A DNA stretch of 64,000 nucleotides from Candidatus Fermentibacterota bacterium (GTDB taxonomy: Bacteria; Fermentibacterota; Fermentibacteria; Fermentibacterales; JCC-6), in the NCBI GenBank assembly GCA_963845085.1, contig CAWJQI010000004.1, forward strand, positions 416,001 through 480,000, written 5' to 3'. The translations under genes and the position numbers were made by a program. The notes under the pieces were generated by a model. That model saw only the letters and a list, made by a program, of their open reading frames with translations, was not told the origin of the DNA and did not search any database. Each line of letters begins with the position of its first letter. Position 1 is the stretch's first letter. This document shows positions 41,468 through 51,644 of the stretch, one piece after another.

Positions 41468-42509
41468 GGCCTGCAAACTCCTCGCATGTTTTTTCCCATG
41501 TGTAAAAACTCTCCGCCCTTTTACGGGCGGCCGACCCCAGGCGCAATCTCATCTGCTCGTCGTCGAGAAGGCTTGCCATGTGCCCGGAGAGGGAAACCGC
41601 ATCACCCGGTTCGTAAAGAAGCCCCTCGACGCCTGAATTTACCAGTTCGGTTACGGCCCCGCCCATTGAGGCGATCACGGGAAGACCCGCCCGCATCGCC
41701 TCGGCAATCGCCATGCCGAATGCTTCCCATGGGGCGGCGTGAACCAGAATGTCCGCCTCCTCAAGAAGCTTGCACAGCTCGGTCCTGCCAAGGTACCCCC
41801 TGATCGAGACCACACCGGAAAGGCTTTCTGAGGATGCCATCCCGACTACCCTTGCAGCGTACTCCGGTTCCTCTTCCGCGGACCCCGCCAGCACCAGACG
41901 GAAGTCCTTTCTTCCAAGAAGGGAACAGGCCTTGAGGATGGTTTCCTGCCCCTTTCTCTCGGTCAGGGCGCCGACACAAAGGAGCATCGGTCTGTGGCCC
42001 GGTTCCCTTGCGGTCCTGGTCACTTCGAAGGGTTCAAACCCCGGAGGGATCACACGGAGTTTCTCCGGCTTGATGCCCATTTCCGAAAGCCCTTTCCGGG
42101 TTGCATGGCTGTTGCACCAGATCAGGTCGCCTCTGCGGATCAGCCACTTCACGACTGAACGACGCCATCCGCCGGCTCTCCCTGCCCGGTCCATCCACTC
42201 GAGGTGATGGACGAGGTAAAGCACAGGGACCTTCCATATGCACAGGAGCAGCCTGAGGGGAATCATGAAGGCGTAGCTTCTGCTCACGATGATCACATCG
42301 GGGTTGAACTTCACAACCCTTCGCAGAACTTCCCATGATCCGGCAGCCCTTTTCCCCTGAAGGCGTTTCGGAATAGCGTTGTGGTGCACCCTGTCCACGA
42401 CGTGCCCCCGCGCATCAAGCGCGTCGGCCACTTTCATGTTGAAATCGTACCCGCCGGTGCGGTGGTCTCTGAGACCGAGCATGACGAAGGACACCCTCAT
42501 AAAAACCAT
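41391..42509 (-). CDS. Glycosyltransferase family 4
   Basis: TGGYDFN, RKGQ, EAFGMAIAEAM. Confidence 0.88.
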   Translation of the reverse strand: MVFMRVSFVMLGLRDHRTGGYDFNMKVADALDARGHVVDRVHHNAIPKRLQGKRAAGSWEVLRRVVKFNPDVIIVSRSYAFMIPLRLLLCIWKVPVLYLVHHLEWMDRAGRAGGWRRSVVKWLIRRGDLIWCNSHATRKGLSEMGIKPEKLRVIPPGFEPFEVTRTAREPGHRPMLLCVGALTERKGQETILKACSLLGRKDFRLVLAGSAEEEPEYAARVVGMASSESLSGVVSIRGYLGRTELCKLLEEADILVHAAPWEAFGMAIAEAMRAGLPVIASMGGAVTELVNSGVEGLLYEPGDAVSLSGHMASLLDDEQMRLRLGSAARKRAESFYTWEKTCEEFAGLVEETACGKVRRNMPCGPGVTAADR

Positions 42510-42653
42510 TTCCAGGATTGCGTCTCTATTTCGACGGATTATAGCCCCGTGGCCGGTGTAAGTCATTTCCTCATCGCCGGCGGAAGGTTTTGCCCGGTGG
42601 CAGGGAAGGTTTTATACTAAGGTATCAAAGCGGGAAGGGACGCGAAAGACCCC

Positions 42654-43847
42654 ATGAAAAAGCTGCTTTTGCTCACCTCGGCCTTTCCTCCATCGGTGAC
42701 GGCCGAAACACAACCGCTCCTTCTGGCGTGCAGGTATCTGCCTGCAAACGGGTGGGAACCAGTCGTGCTTTCGCTGCCCTCCGGAAGCCCTGCTCCGTGC
42801 GACGCAACCCTGGCGGAAGAGATCCCGCGCTCCACGAAGGTGTTCCGCGTCCAGGGAAGCCCGGATGGGAAAAACCTTCCACATGTTCTCGCGGGCATTC
42901 TGCGGGTGCCGGACGAACTGTCGGCATGGAGACGTGTTGTCGTTCAACAGGCGCTCGAGATCGTTCGAAAGGAGAGCCCTGCGTTCGTGGTGCCCATGGT
43001 TCCATCCCATTCGCTCAACATCATGGCGATGGAGATCTCCCGCAAGGCGGGCATCCCGATGGTACCTTTCTTCGCCGGTCTGTGGGTCGCCGATTCACAC
43101 GCCGAGTGGTCGGGCGGCCTTCAAAAGTTCGTACACCGCCTGCTGGAACGGCGCACGGTCAAGGCCGCATCCGCACTCGTCGTTGCAAGCGAGGGCGCGG
43201 CAGGCTACTTTCTTGAGAAGTACCCCGGGTTCTGCCCCCCCGCGCATGTCGTGGAGTGTTCCTTCGATCCTGACAGGTCCGTCCCGGCGGCCCCCATCGA
43301 AAAGGGCGACACTCTGAGAATCGGCTGGGTGGACAGCTTCAGGGGTGTTCATACCCCGGACAGGGTGCTTTCGGGCATAAGGGAATACATTCTGCGAAAT
43401 CCTTCCGACAGCATTCGTATCGAGCATGCCGGGTTCATGCCCGGTAACCCCGCAAAGCCCGACAAAGTGCACTTTCTCGGCATGCTTCCGTGGAGGCGCT
43501 ACCCTTCCTTCATGGCGTCGTGCCATGTGCTGCTGCTTTCGCTTCCCCCGGGGCCTGACAGCCACCGCGACTGCCCTGCGATAACGGCGGACTGCCTCAG
43601 GTCCGGACGATCCATTATGGCCGCAGTCCCCGAGGGCGACATGAGCCAGAAGCTTCGCTCGCTCGGCAGCGCGTACATCTGCCAGCCCGATCCGATGGCC
43701 GTCGCCTCGACAATTGAGAACGTATACGATCATTGGCGGAAGGGGATGCTCAAGCTTCCCCGGGATCCGCTCAGGATATCCGAGCAGCTCGACGGGACGA
43801 CCGCCATGACCCATCTGGCGGCCTTCCTGAACAAGGTATCGGGCTGA
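42654..43847 (+). CDS. Glycosyltransferase-like protein (GT-B fold, divergent)
   Basis: FPP and LPANGWEPVV N-terminal pattern typical of GT4-like proteins. Confidence 0.65.
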   Translation: MKKLLLLTSAFPPSVTAETQPLLLACRYLPANGWEPVVLSLPSGSPAPCDATLAEEIPRSTKVFRVQGSPDGKNLPHVLAGILRVPDELSAWRRVVVQQALEIVRKESPAFVVPMVPSHSLNIMAMEISRKAGIPMVPFFAGLWVADSHAEWSGGLQKFVHRLLERRTVKAASALVVASEGAAGYFLEKYPGFCPPAHVVECSFDPDRSVPAAPIEKGDTLRIGWVDSFRGVHTPDRVLSGIREYILRNPSDSIRIEHAGFMPGNPAKPDKVHFLGMLPWRRYPSFMASCHVLLLSLPPGPDSHRDCPAITADCLRSGRSIMAAVPEGDMSQKLRSLGSAYICQPDPMAVASTIENVYDHWRKGMLKLPRDPLRISEQLDGTTAMTHLAAFLNKVSG

Positions 43848-43864
43848 CCGGCGAAAGGAAGACA

Positions 43865-44344
43865 ATGGCCGATGTGATCCTTCACGATTTACCGATGGAC
43901 TTCGAGCAGTTCATCGCGAAGCTTTCCACTCTCGGGCAGAGCCCCGAGGGCGCAGCCTCCGCAGTGGTGATCGGGCTTGGTCTGATGGTCCGGGACAGGG
44001 AACTTGGGAGGAAGTGCATCTCCGCCGCAGACCCCTCTCTCCCGCCCGCGAGGTTTCGTTTCGTTGCGGAAAGGCTTGAGGGGAAGGAATACCTGCCGAA
44101 CAGCTACATCCTTGGAACCTCACCCGAAAACCGTTACCAACCCCTGCATCCCCCCCTGGTGATCCGCTTCTCCACAAATCCGCACAGCGGCGATCCTTCC
44201 GAGGGCAGGGTCAAGCTCTTCATCGAGTGTTCCGGCGCGGACAGCCCAAGGCCGATCACCGTGGAAAAGAACAAGGACGGCATGTGGACCGCCGTGGAAT
44301 GGAGTTCCCTCCTGACCGGTATCAGGCCGCCCGTTCAGCCCTGA
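43865..44344 (+). CDS. Conserved hypothetical protein (DUF6935-like)
   Basis: SYILGTSPENRY and SGADSPRPI motifs; AAAGGA SD. Confidence 0.6.
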   Translation: MADVILHDLPMDFEQFIAKLSTLGQSPEGAASAVVIGLGLMVRDRELGRKCISAADPSLPPARFRFVAERLEGKEYLPNSYILGTSPENRYQPLHPPLVIRFSTNPHSGDPSEGRVKLFIECSGADSPRPITVEKNKDGMWTAVEWSSLLTGIRPPVQP

Positions 44345-45564
44345 GGAAAGTCCACCGCCATCCTCATCACAAGGGCCCTTTGATCCGATGACCTGTTGAA
44401 CGGATCGCAGGAGACCCCCACGAAGTCCTCGCCGAACATGCTCCAGACGGTTGAAGAGATCGAGCACTCGGGAAGCCTGCCTGTCGGGTTGCCGGCTCCG
44501 TCCAGAAGGTAGGCCAGCTGAACAGGGGCGCCGAAGCCTCCGCTCGGCGTGAAGTCCCCGCCCGACGTGACCGAGACAAGCACCGCAGGTTCGCCATTCA
44601 AAAGCTCAGCAAGAGACCTGTCGGAAGCCCTTATCCTGAGGTCCGGCACACCGAGCGAGGGAACCCCGTCATACGAAGCGCTTGCAGCCCCCGTGAGGGG
44701 AAGGTCGTAGGTGCGCGCAGTCCTGATGTCGGTGAAAGGCAGCCTGAAAACGCCGTTCTCGATGAGGGGGATCCCGCCTTCGGGCGTGACCGTGCCCTCG
44801 GCATCGAAGAACGCCGATCCCTGAAACTCGTCGGGATTCTGCATCAGAGTGAAGTCGGGTGAGAAAACGGCCTGGCCGAGCCTGTTCTTGAGAAGTGACG
44901 ACCCGGTTGCATACCGGAGGCCGTGTAGGTCTGAGACTGTCTGGGAAAGCACTGTGTCGGTTTCGATGAACACGACGGTGAGTTTCCCCGAGGACGGCGG
45001 TGTGACGGGGTTCAGAAATGCCCCGAACTCGCGCCCCAGCTCTCCCAGCAGCTCTTCCCGGTTCCAGACCGGGCCGGCCCTGTGCAGAAAGCCGTCGGCG
45101 ATGGCGTTGCTGCTTCTGTTCTTGAAGGCGAGGCCGAGGGAAAAACCATTGTAGCGGAACAGAAGGTCCATGCTCCCGCTGGAAAGGCTTCTCGTTTCCC
45201 TCAGGAAGGTGAGCTTGCCCGAAACAAGGATATCGGGGAACCTGGCGGAAAGAGCGGAAAAGAAAGCTTCCGCCTCTTCAAGCACGTTCCCCCCGATGTC
45301 GCCAGCCCTCTCCCGGCGGCCCGTGATACCCCTGTTGGGTTCCCAGGGAAAGGCCACACCTCCCATGGCATCGAGGGCGCGCTTCTCAAGATCGGCCATG
45401 TCGGGCTCGCCAAGGCAGCCGGCAACACCGACCGTCGATCCGTCATACAGCCGAAGACCCGTCTGAAGAATGCTTCGTTTCCTCACGGACTCAACGATGC
45501 CTGCCGTAATGCCCGCTGTTGAATCCTCTATGGCCACCTGGCTGATCTGTCTGTCCATGGTCAT
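44335..45564 (-). CDS. TldE/PmbA family protein
   Basis: FFDAEG and LIENGV motifs; follows tldD. Confidence 0.85.
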   Translation of the reverse strand: MTMDRQISQVAIEDSTAGITAGIVESVRKRSILQTGLRLYDGSTVGVAGCLGEPDMADLEKRALDAMGGVAFPWEPNRGITGRRERAGDIGGNVLEEAEAFFSALSARFPDILVSGKLTFLRETRSLSSGSMDLLFRYNGFSLGLAFKNRSSNAIADGFLHRAGPVWNREELLGELGREFGAFLNPVTPPSSGKLTVVFIETDTVLSQTVSDLHGLRYATGSSLLKNRLGQAVFSPDFTLMQNPDEFQGSAFFDAEGTVTPEGGIPLIENGVFRLPFTDIRTARTYDLPLTGAASASYDGVPSLGVPDLRIRASDRSLAELLNGEPAVLVSVTSGGDFTPSGGFGAPVQLAYLLDGAGNPTGRLPECSISSTVWSMFGEDFVGVSCDPFNRSSDQRALVMRMAVDFPQG

Positions 45565-45570
45565 GCCCCC

Positions 45571-46893
45571 TTACCGCACCTGCATTTTACGAACCCTTAC
45601 GAAGGGCCCCCCGAAGCCGACCGGAAGCGGATACTGCTCCATCTTTCCGCAACCGCCGCCGATGAAGCCGAGGACCTCCCACTCCCGGGAAAGGCCGTCG
45701 ATCTCGCCCAGTGTCTCCATCACGTTGCCTGTGATCACAGACACCTTGAGGGGCCTTTCGATGGCTCCGTCCCTGATCCTCCACGCCAGATTCGGGGCGA
45801 TGGTGAAGGTCGACATGCCCGAGCCGTGCTTCACGGTCTCCACGAATACCCCCTCCTTGATCCCTGCGAAGAGCTCCTGTTTGGAAAGCTCACCCGGTTC
45901 GATGCAGGTCGAAGTCATTCGGGGGATGGGTTCGAACTGGAAGCTCACTGAGCGGGCGTTGCCAGTGGGCTCCTCCCCAAGCTCGGCTGCCGTGAGGGCG
46001 CTGTGAAGCCTTCCCGACAGAACCCCGTTTTTCACGAGGAATGTTCTGCCGCCCCGGGTGCCCTCGTCGTCGAATGGAGTATGGCCAACGCCCGGAAGCG
46101 TTCCGTCGTCCCAGATCGAGAGGTCGGAAGGGCCGACGGGTGCGCCCAGGGGCCACTCCCTGAGCATCGTTTCGTCGCCAGTCATGAAGTCGGCCTCACT
46201 TTTGTGGCCGAAGCTCTCGTGGGCGAAGATCCCTGCAGCAAGCGGTGAAAGGACGACGGTGTGCTCACCCGCATCAACATCCCCGGCTTCCCTGAGGTAG
46301 AGGAGCGACTTGTCCAGATGAGCCCTGAGTTCACCGTGCAGCCCCTCGAGATCCCTTGGGAGCAGCGCTGTCTTCATGTACTGCTCGGATGCGCGGGAGT
46401 CGCCCTCGGACATGGTGAAACCCACCGCCAGTCCGCAGTGGAAACGGTCGAACGAGACATCGGCCCCCAGGCTGGAAACTATCCTCTTTCGTGAATAGCC
46501 GTCCCCCAGGAAGCCCTGCCACGATGTGATGAGGGGAAAGGCGGAAAGCTCCCCGAAGTACGATTCCAGAAGCGCTTTTTTCGCCTCGAGCTCCATCTCG
46601 GGGCGCCCGGTGAGCTTTTCCTCCCTGTGGCGGGAAAGCTTCGAGAGTATCGGATGCCCCTCGACCCTTCCCCTGTGCGCCATCGCCGCCAGACCGTCAA
46701 GCTCCTGCTGAACCCTTCCGGAATCGGTAAGCGAGGAGTAGTACCACCTGACTCCGTCAAAAACCCTTATGAAGGCAGTTTTCTCGGATCTGACCTTTTT
46801 CTGCTCCAGTCTGCCCATGACGAAAGCTATCACCGTGGTGACGCTCTCCTCGAGGCGCACATCCGAAAAAACACCTGCGGGAAACCTGTACAT
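45571..46893 (-). CDS. tldD: TldD family metalloprotease
   Basis: HESFGHKSEAD, FDDEG, TGNAR, GGCGK. Confidence 0.9.
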   Translation of the reverse strand: MYRFPAGVFSDVRLEESVTTVIAFVMGRLEQKKVRSEKTAFIRVFDGVRWYYSSLTDSGRVQQELDGLAAMAHRGRVEGHPILSKLSRHREEKLTGRPEMELEAKKALLESYFGELSAFPLITSWQGFLGDGYSRKRIVSSLGADVSFDRFHCGLAVGFTMSEGDSRASEQYMKTALLPRDLEGLHGELRAHLDKSLLYLREAGDVDAGEHTVVLSPLAAGIFAHESFGHKSEADFMTGDETMLREWPLGAPVGPSDLSIWDDGTLPGVGHTPFDDEGTRGGRTFLVKNGVLSGRLHSALTAAELGEEPTGNARSVSFQFEPIPRMTSTCIEPGELSKQELFAGIKEGVFVETVKHGSGMSTFTIAPNLAWRIRDGAIERPLKVSVITGNVMETLGEIDGLSREWEVLGFIGGGCGKMEQYPLPVGFGGPFVRVRKMQVR

Positions 46894-46962
46894 AAGGAAC
46901 CGTCCTTCCCATATATGGCAATCGGTTCAAACTATATCGATTGAGGGGCGGGCCATACAATT

Positions 46963-47736
46963 ATGGCTGATTACTATGCTGGTTTCGCAGAATATTACGA
47001 TGCACAGGTTGAAGCTGTTGGCGGAAGAGATGATATAAATTTCTACTCATCCCTCGCATCCTCCTCCCAGGGCCCTGTTCTGGAGATCGGATGCGGCACC
47101 GGGAGAGTGTTCATCCCCATGCTGGAAACCGGTGCGCAGGTGACAGGCATGGACCTCTGCCCGGACATGCTCCGGATCGCACAGGGAAAACTGTCGGCGC
47201 TTCCGGCGCCGACAAGGGAACGCGGCGAGCTGGTTGCGGGCGACATGAGCAGGTTCGATCTTGGGCGCAGGTTCTCGCTGATCGTAACCCCCTTCAGACC
47301 CTTCCAGCACCTGGCCACGCCCGGACAGCAGCTGGCCTGTCTTGACTGTGTGAGAAGACACCTGGCACCCGGCGGCACGTTCGTTCTCGACATCTTCGAC
47401 CCCGACCTCGACATCCTCACTGACAGGGGAAGGGTCAACGAGTTCGGCGACGAGCAACCGGTGGTGCTTCCCGACGGCAGGACGGTTACCGTTCGGTATC
47501 GCACCCCCCTGATCGACAGAAACTCGCAGGTCTGCCATTGCGAAATGATCCACCACGTGGAGCATCCCGACGGGCGACGGGAGAGACTGGTTCAGCCCTT
47601 CATCATGCGCTGGACGTACCGCTTCGAGGCGGAACATCTTCTTGGCCTCGCCGGTTTCAGGATCAGGGAGGTCTTCGGCGGCTACAGGGGCGAGCCCGTG
47701 GGTGCCGGAGAGCTCGTGTTCATCACTGAGGCCTGA
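46963..47736 (+). CDS. Class I SAM-dependent methyltransferase
   Basis: VLEIGCGTGR; HLAPGG. Confidence 0.9.
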   Translation: MADYYAGFAEYYDAQVEAVGGRDDINFYSSLASSSQGPVLEIGCGTGRVFIPMLETGAQVTGMDLCPDMLRIAQGKLSALPAPTRERGELVAGDMSRFDLGRRFSLIVTPFRPFQHLATPGQQLACLDCVRRHLAPGGTFVLDIFDPDLDILTDRGRVNEFGDEQPVVLPDGRTVTVRYRTPLIDRNSQVCHCEMIHHVEHPDGRRERLVQPFIMRWTYRFEAEHLLGLAGFRIREVFGGYRGEPVGAGELVFITEA

Positions 47737-47833
47737 CGTCTCGTCTTCCATCCCGGCCTGCGAAAAGTGCACCTTACAAGGCCGTGATGCATCCCCCGAA
47801 AAGCATGCCTTCGAAAATGCCGGGATTGGCGGA

Positions 47834-47938
47834 AAGTGTTGAAGTTACCGGGTTATCCACATTCTGCGTCAACACTTGAAGGCCCTTTGCATCGGCATTC
47901 CCCCCACCCTCCACCTTATTTCAACAGTGTTTTCCACA
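47834..47938. promoter_or_regulatory. DnaA-box cluster
   Basis: TTATCCACA at 47853-47861 and TTTTCCACA at 47930-47938, plus degenerate TCAACA variants. Confidence 0.45.
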
Positions 47939-47954
47939 GAGTGGTTGCGCGGGC

Positions 47955-49288
47955 TTACACAAATCCAAGAAGCTCTTGGATTTGGTGCGTTGAGAGGGTG
48001 GGTCTGCCCGGTATAGAAACGCGTGGAGCGGCACCATCCCCGATCAGTTCCCGAAGCCCCGACAACAATGCGGCAAGCAGTTTCAGTTCACCTTCGGGTG
48101 AGTGCCAGGCAAGGGGTTCGGGTAGTTCATGGCAGCCCCATTCCACGGTACAACCCCGAAGCAGCCGCAGAACAGCTCCCCTTCTTGCGAGAAACGCACC
48201 CTGAACGATCCCCTGAACCAGCCTGTCCATTTCGGTCGGCTCTTCCGGCGCTTCCAGCTCCCCGCTCCTCTCCGCGAGGAAACGCTCAAGCCCGAAGCGG
48301 AACAGGCTTCGTCCGCCGCACAGCTCCCGGAGGACCGGCGCAGGACCGGAAAGGTCGCTGCCGGAAGCTCCGGCCAGCACTTCGTGTGCAAGCAGCAACC
48401 CCTGAAGCGAAGCCCCGGAGGGGAAGGGGCCGCGGAACACCACCCCGCAGGGCGGTTCCCGGTAGACCTTCCAGTCTGCGCCCAGGTAACAGCATGAAGA
48501 GCCTTCGATCCTCCCGGCCCTGTTGCAGGGAGGGTCGAGCTCGAGGATCATCCTGGCTTCCAGCATCGTGGCTGTGAAGGGGCACGAGCATACCGTCCAG
48601 CGCAGCGAGTGCGCCCGGGCCGCCAGTTCGCCCGCGCCTCCCCCCTCCCTCCCGTGAACCACGAGGCAAGACGCTTCCGAATGCTTCTGGATTTGCCCAC
48701 GTACAGCACGGTGCCGAGGGATGACATCATTTCGTAGACTCCGGGCGAGTCCGGGGCTCCGAGCCTCTCACTGCGGGGCACCCTGCTTGATGACGGCTCG
48801 GGGGTTCGCGGCATCCTCTCCCAGATGAAGCGTGTAGCCTCAACGTGCTCCCGTGCTCTTCTGAGCTCGGGAAGGACGCACCCGAGGTATCCTGCAACAG
48901 CGCGGAGCCCGTAGGCCCGAAGCCCGGGAAGCATTTCCCTGGCGATCTCCCTCGTGCACACATGGTCAGGAAGCTCCATGCCCGTCAGCCACCTCAGCCA
49001 CTTCATCTCGTACATCGCATGGTGCGCAACCGGGCAGGTTTCCGCCAGCGCGGCCCGAAGCAGGTGGCAGGCCTCGGTGAGTTCAATTCCCCGGGAGGAG
49101 TCTTCTTCCGTGATGCCTGTAATGGCCCTTACCCTGCGGGGGATTACTGCTCCGGGCTGCGGCCGCACCAGGAAGCAGTGTACCGGGCCCGAACCCGAGG
49201 CCCAGGCCACTTCCAGAAGCGATCCCGAACCGGGGGAGCCCGCGGCCTGAACGTCAACGAAGAGCGGTGTTTTCCGTGCCGTTTTCAT
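47955..49288 (-). pseudogene. DnaQ-like exonuclease-GIY-YIG nuclease fusion, frameshift near 48640
   Basis: FVDVQAAG..ITGI..AHHA..CT exonuclease fold; PGVYEM..LYVGKS..RL; continuation LEARMILELDPPCN lies in another frame. Confidence 0.75.
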
Positions 49289-49310
49289 ACCCCTGCATTA
49301 TATCTCGAAC

Positions 49311-50240
49311 GTGAAAAACGCGCTGAACCACCTCTACAGGCTTGCAGGCAGCACTCTTTCGACGGGGTGGGTTCTGTTCCGCGTAATGATCCCGGCCCTT
49401 CTTCTTGTTCGAGCCATTTCGTATCTGGGCGTGCTGGGTCCCCTGGGGAAGCTTATGGCGCCCCTGATGCGTGCGGCGGGGCTCCCCGGTGAAACGGGCA
49501 TCGTGTGGATAACCGGAATGCTCACCAACATGTACGGTGGCCTGGCCCTTCTTGCCGGGATGGCCGGTTCGCTCGACCTCACAGTCGGCCAGGTCACAAG
49601 CCTGGGCATGATGCTGCTTCTGGCTCACTCCATGCCCGTCGAGGTCACGGTTGCCGCAAGATCAGGCGTCAGCCCGCTTCTGGTGATCCCTCTCAGGGTG
49701 GGCTCTGCGCTTGCGGCGGGAACGGTCCTTCATCTGACGGGTTTTGTCCGGGCATTCGACGGCAGACCCGTCATCCTGTGGAGGGGGGTGCCGCAATCGG
49801 GGGGCATTGCGGAGTGGCTTCTCGGACTGGCAAAGACGATGGGTACGATTCTTGCGGTGATCTTCCTGGTGCTTCTGGCCCTGTCCGTGCTTGAGCGGCT
49901 CGGATTCACGGCTTTCCTTCAGAGATTGCTCAGGCCTGCCTTCAGCCTCGCAGGCATTGGACGGGAGGCAACCACCATCACCGTGGTGGGACTTGTTCTC
50001 GGTATCTCCTACGGGGGCGGGCTAGTGATAAAGGCGGCATCGCGCGGCGACATACCGAGAAGGCAGGTCGTGGCCGCAGTCTGCTTCATGAGCCTGTGCC
50101 ACGCAGTGGTGGAAGACACGGCACTTGTGGCAACCCTTGGAGCATGGACGCCGATGATCTCTGCGGGACGAATTCTGTTCTCATGGGGGATCATGGCTCT
50201 GATCTCGGCGTTTCAGCTGAGGAAGACTCAAGAAACCTGA
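49311..50240 (+). CDS. Nucleoside recognition (Gate) domain membrane protein
   Basis: PLM..GLPG, AHSMPVE, GISYGGG, CHAVVEDT. Confidence 0.8.
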   Translation: MKNALNHLYRLAGSTLSTGWVLFRVMIPALLLVRAISYLGVLGPLGKLMAPLMRAAGLPGETGIVWITGMLTNMYGGLALLAGMAGSLDLTVGQVTSLGMMLLLAHSMPVEVTVAARSGVSPLLVIPLRVGSALAAGTVLHLTGFVRAFDGRPVILWRGVPQSGGIAEWLLGLAKTMGTILAVIFLVLLALSVLERLGFTAFLQRLLRPAFSLAGIGREATTITVVGLVLGISYGGGLVIKAASRGDIPRRQVVAAVCFMSLCHAVVEDTALVATLGAWTPMISAGRILFSWGIMALISAFQLRKTQET

Positions 50241-51567
50241 TGCATTCACCCGGTTCTGGCTCGGGTGGCAGCTCCCCGTCAAGCACGGCCTCCTCAAGCC
50301 TGCGGACCATTGTGCCAAGCCGCCTTCCCGATACCCCAAGGGCATCCTGGATGGCCCTTCCCGTGCCTTTTGCAAGCAGCCTCTTCCCGGTGGCGACAGT
50401 CGCAAGCCTTGCCTCGAGATCGCCAAGCCTCTGAAGCCCGTAGCGCACAGTGTCAGGCGCCTTCGCCTTCGTGTCCGCCGTTGCCAGGGCCAGAAGCCCT
50501 TCAAGGTTGCCCTCCGCAGCCATGGCGAGCCTCCTCACCGCGCCGTCGCTCCAGTCGCTTTTGTAGAGAACCGGCCGCATGTGATTCTGAACGAGGAACA
50601 CAGCCGACCTTCGCAGGGAACGGGGAAAGCGCATCGATTCCGCAGCGGCAGAGAGAAGTGCCGCACCGATCCGCTCATGACCATGGTAATGGGGCTCTCC
50701 GTCTGCGCCGACCGTCATGGCCGCCGCCTTGCCGGCATCGTGGAAAAGGGCCGCCCAGCGGACAGCCAGATCGGGAGGGGTGTTGCGAACGACTTCCAGT
50801 GTGTGGCCCCATGCATCAAGACTGTGGTGCCGTCCCGCCGGAAGCCCGCGCAGACCGGCCAGCCCCGAGAGCCCGGGCAGCAGCTGAAGCAAAACCCCGG
50901 CCTCGAGCATGGCATCGAGGGTACCCGGAAGGTTCCCTCCAGGAGCCGCCATCAGAAGGTTCATCTCCTTCAACTTGCGCTCCGCGGCCACGTGAACGAG
51001 ACCGCCGGCCTGCTCCTTCAAGGCCGCGGCAGTTCTCAATTCAATTCCGAACCCGAGGCTCGCCATGAACCGAAACGCCCGAAGAATCCGAAGCGGGTCT
51101 TCGCGGAAGGAGACGCCGGGGTCGCCCGGAGTTCTCAGAAGCCCTGATCCCAAATCCTTCACGCCATCGAAGGGATCGATGAGCACGCCCTTTTCATCGA
51201 GGGCCATTGCATTCACGGTGAAGTCCCTGCGGGAGAGGTCGTCCATGATATCGGATCCGAAGGTCACCTTGGGGTGACGGGAACCGGGGAAATACCTTTC
51301 ACCCGTTCTGAGCGTTGTTATCTCACACATCCCGCCCGTGACCCTGTCAAGCGCGGTGAGAGTCCCGAACTCGATGCCGATGTCTAGCACCGTGTAGCCG
51401 GCTTCCTCGAGCAGTGCCCGGACGCGCTCTGGAACAGCATCCGTCGAAAGGTCCATGTCTCCGGAGGCAGCTCTCCCCAGAAGCCCGTCACGGACAAAGC
51501 CGCCAACGATGTAGAGCCTGCATCCGGCCCGTGAGAACAGGTTTCTCAGGTTTTCATACATGTCCAT
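50191..51567 (-). CDS. CCA tRNA nucleotidyltransferase / poly(A) polymerase family with HD domain
   Basis: VGGFVRD, DMD, RRDFTVNAM, EDPLRILRAFRF, LFHDAGK. Confidence 0.9.
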   Translation of the reverse strand: MDMYENLRNLFSRAGCRLYIVGGFVRDGLLGRAASGDMDLSTDAVPERVRALLEEAGYTVLDIGIEFGTLTALDRVTGGMCEITTLRTGERYFPGSRHPKVTFGSDIMDDLSRRDFTVNAMALDEKGVLIDPFDGVKDLGSGLLRTPGDPGVSFREDPLRILRAFRFMASLGFGIELRTAAALKEQAGGLVHVAAERKLKEMNLLMAAPGGNLPGTLDAMLEAGVLLQLLPGLSGLAGLRGLPAGRHHSLDAWGHTLEVVRNTPPDLAVRWAALFHDAGKAAAMTVGADGEPHYHGHERIGAALLSAAAESMRFPRSLRRSAVFLVQNHMRPVLYKSDWSDGAVRRLAMAAEGNLEGLLALATADTKAKAPDTVRYGLQRLGDLEARLATVATGKRLLAKGTGRAIQDALGVSGRRLGTMVRRLEEAVLDGELPPEPEPGECIRFLESSSAETPRSEP

Positions 51568-51644
51568 GAACTGCTAACCTCCGGCGAATACATGACACTG
51601 GAACATCGCGGAGGCAAGCGGTCCGCGGGGCCTGGCGGCCGGGG

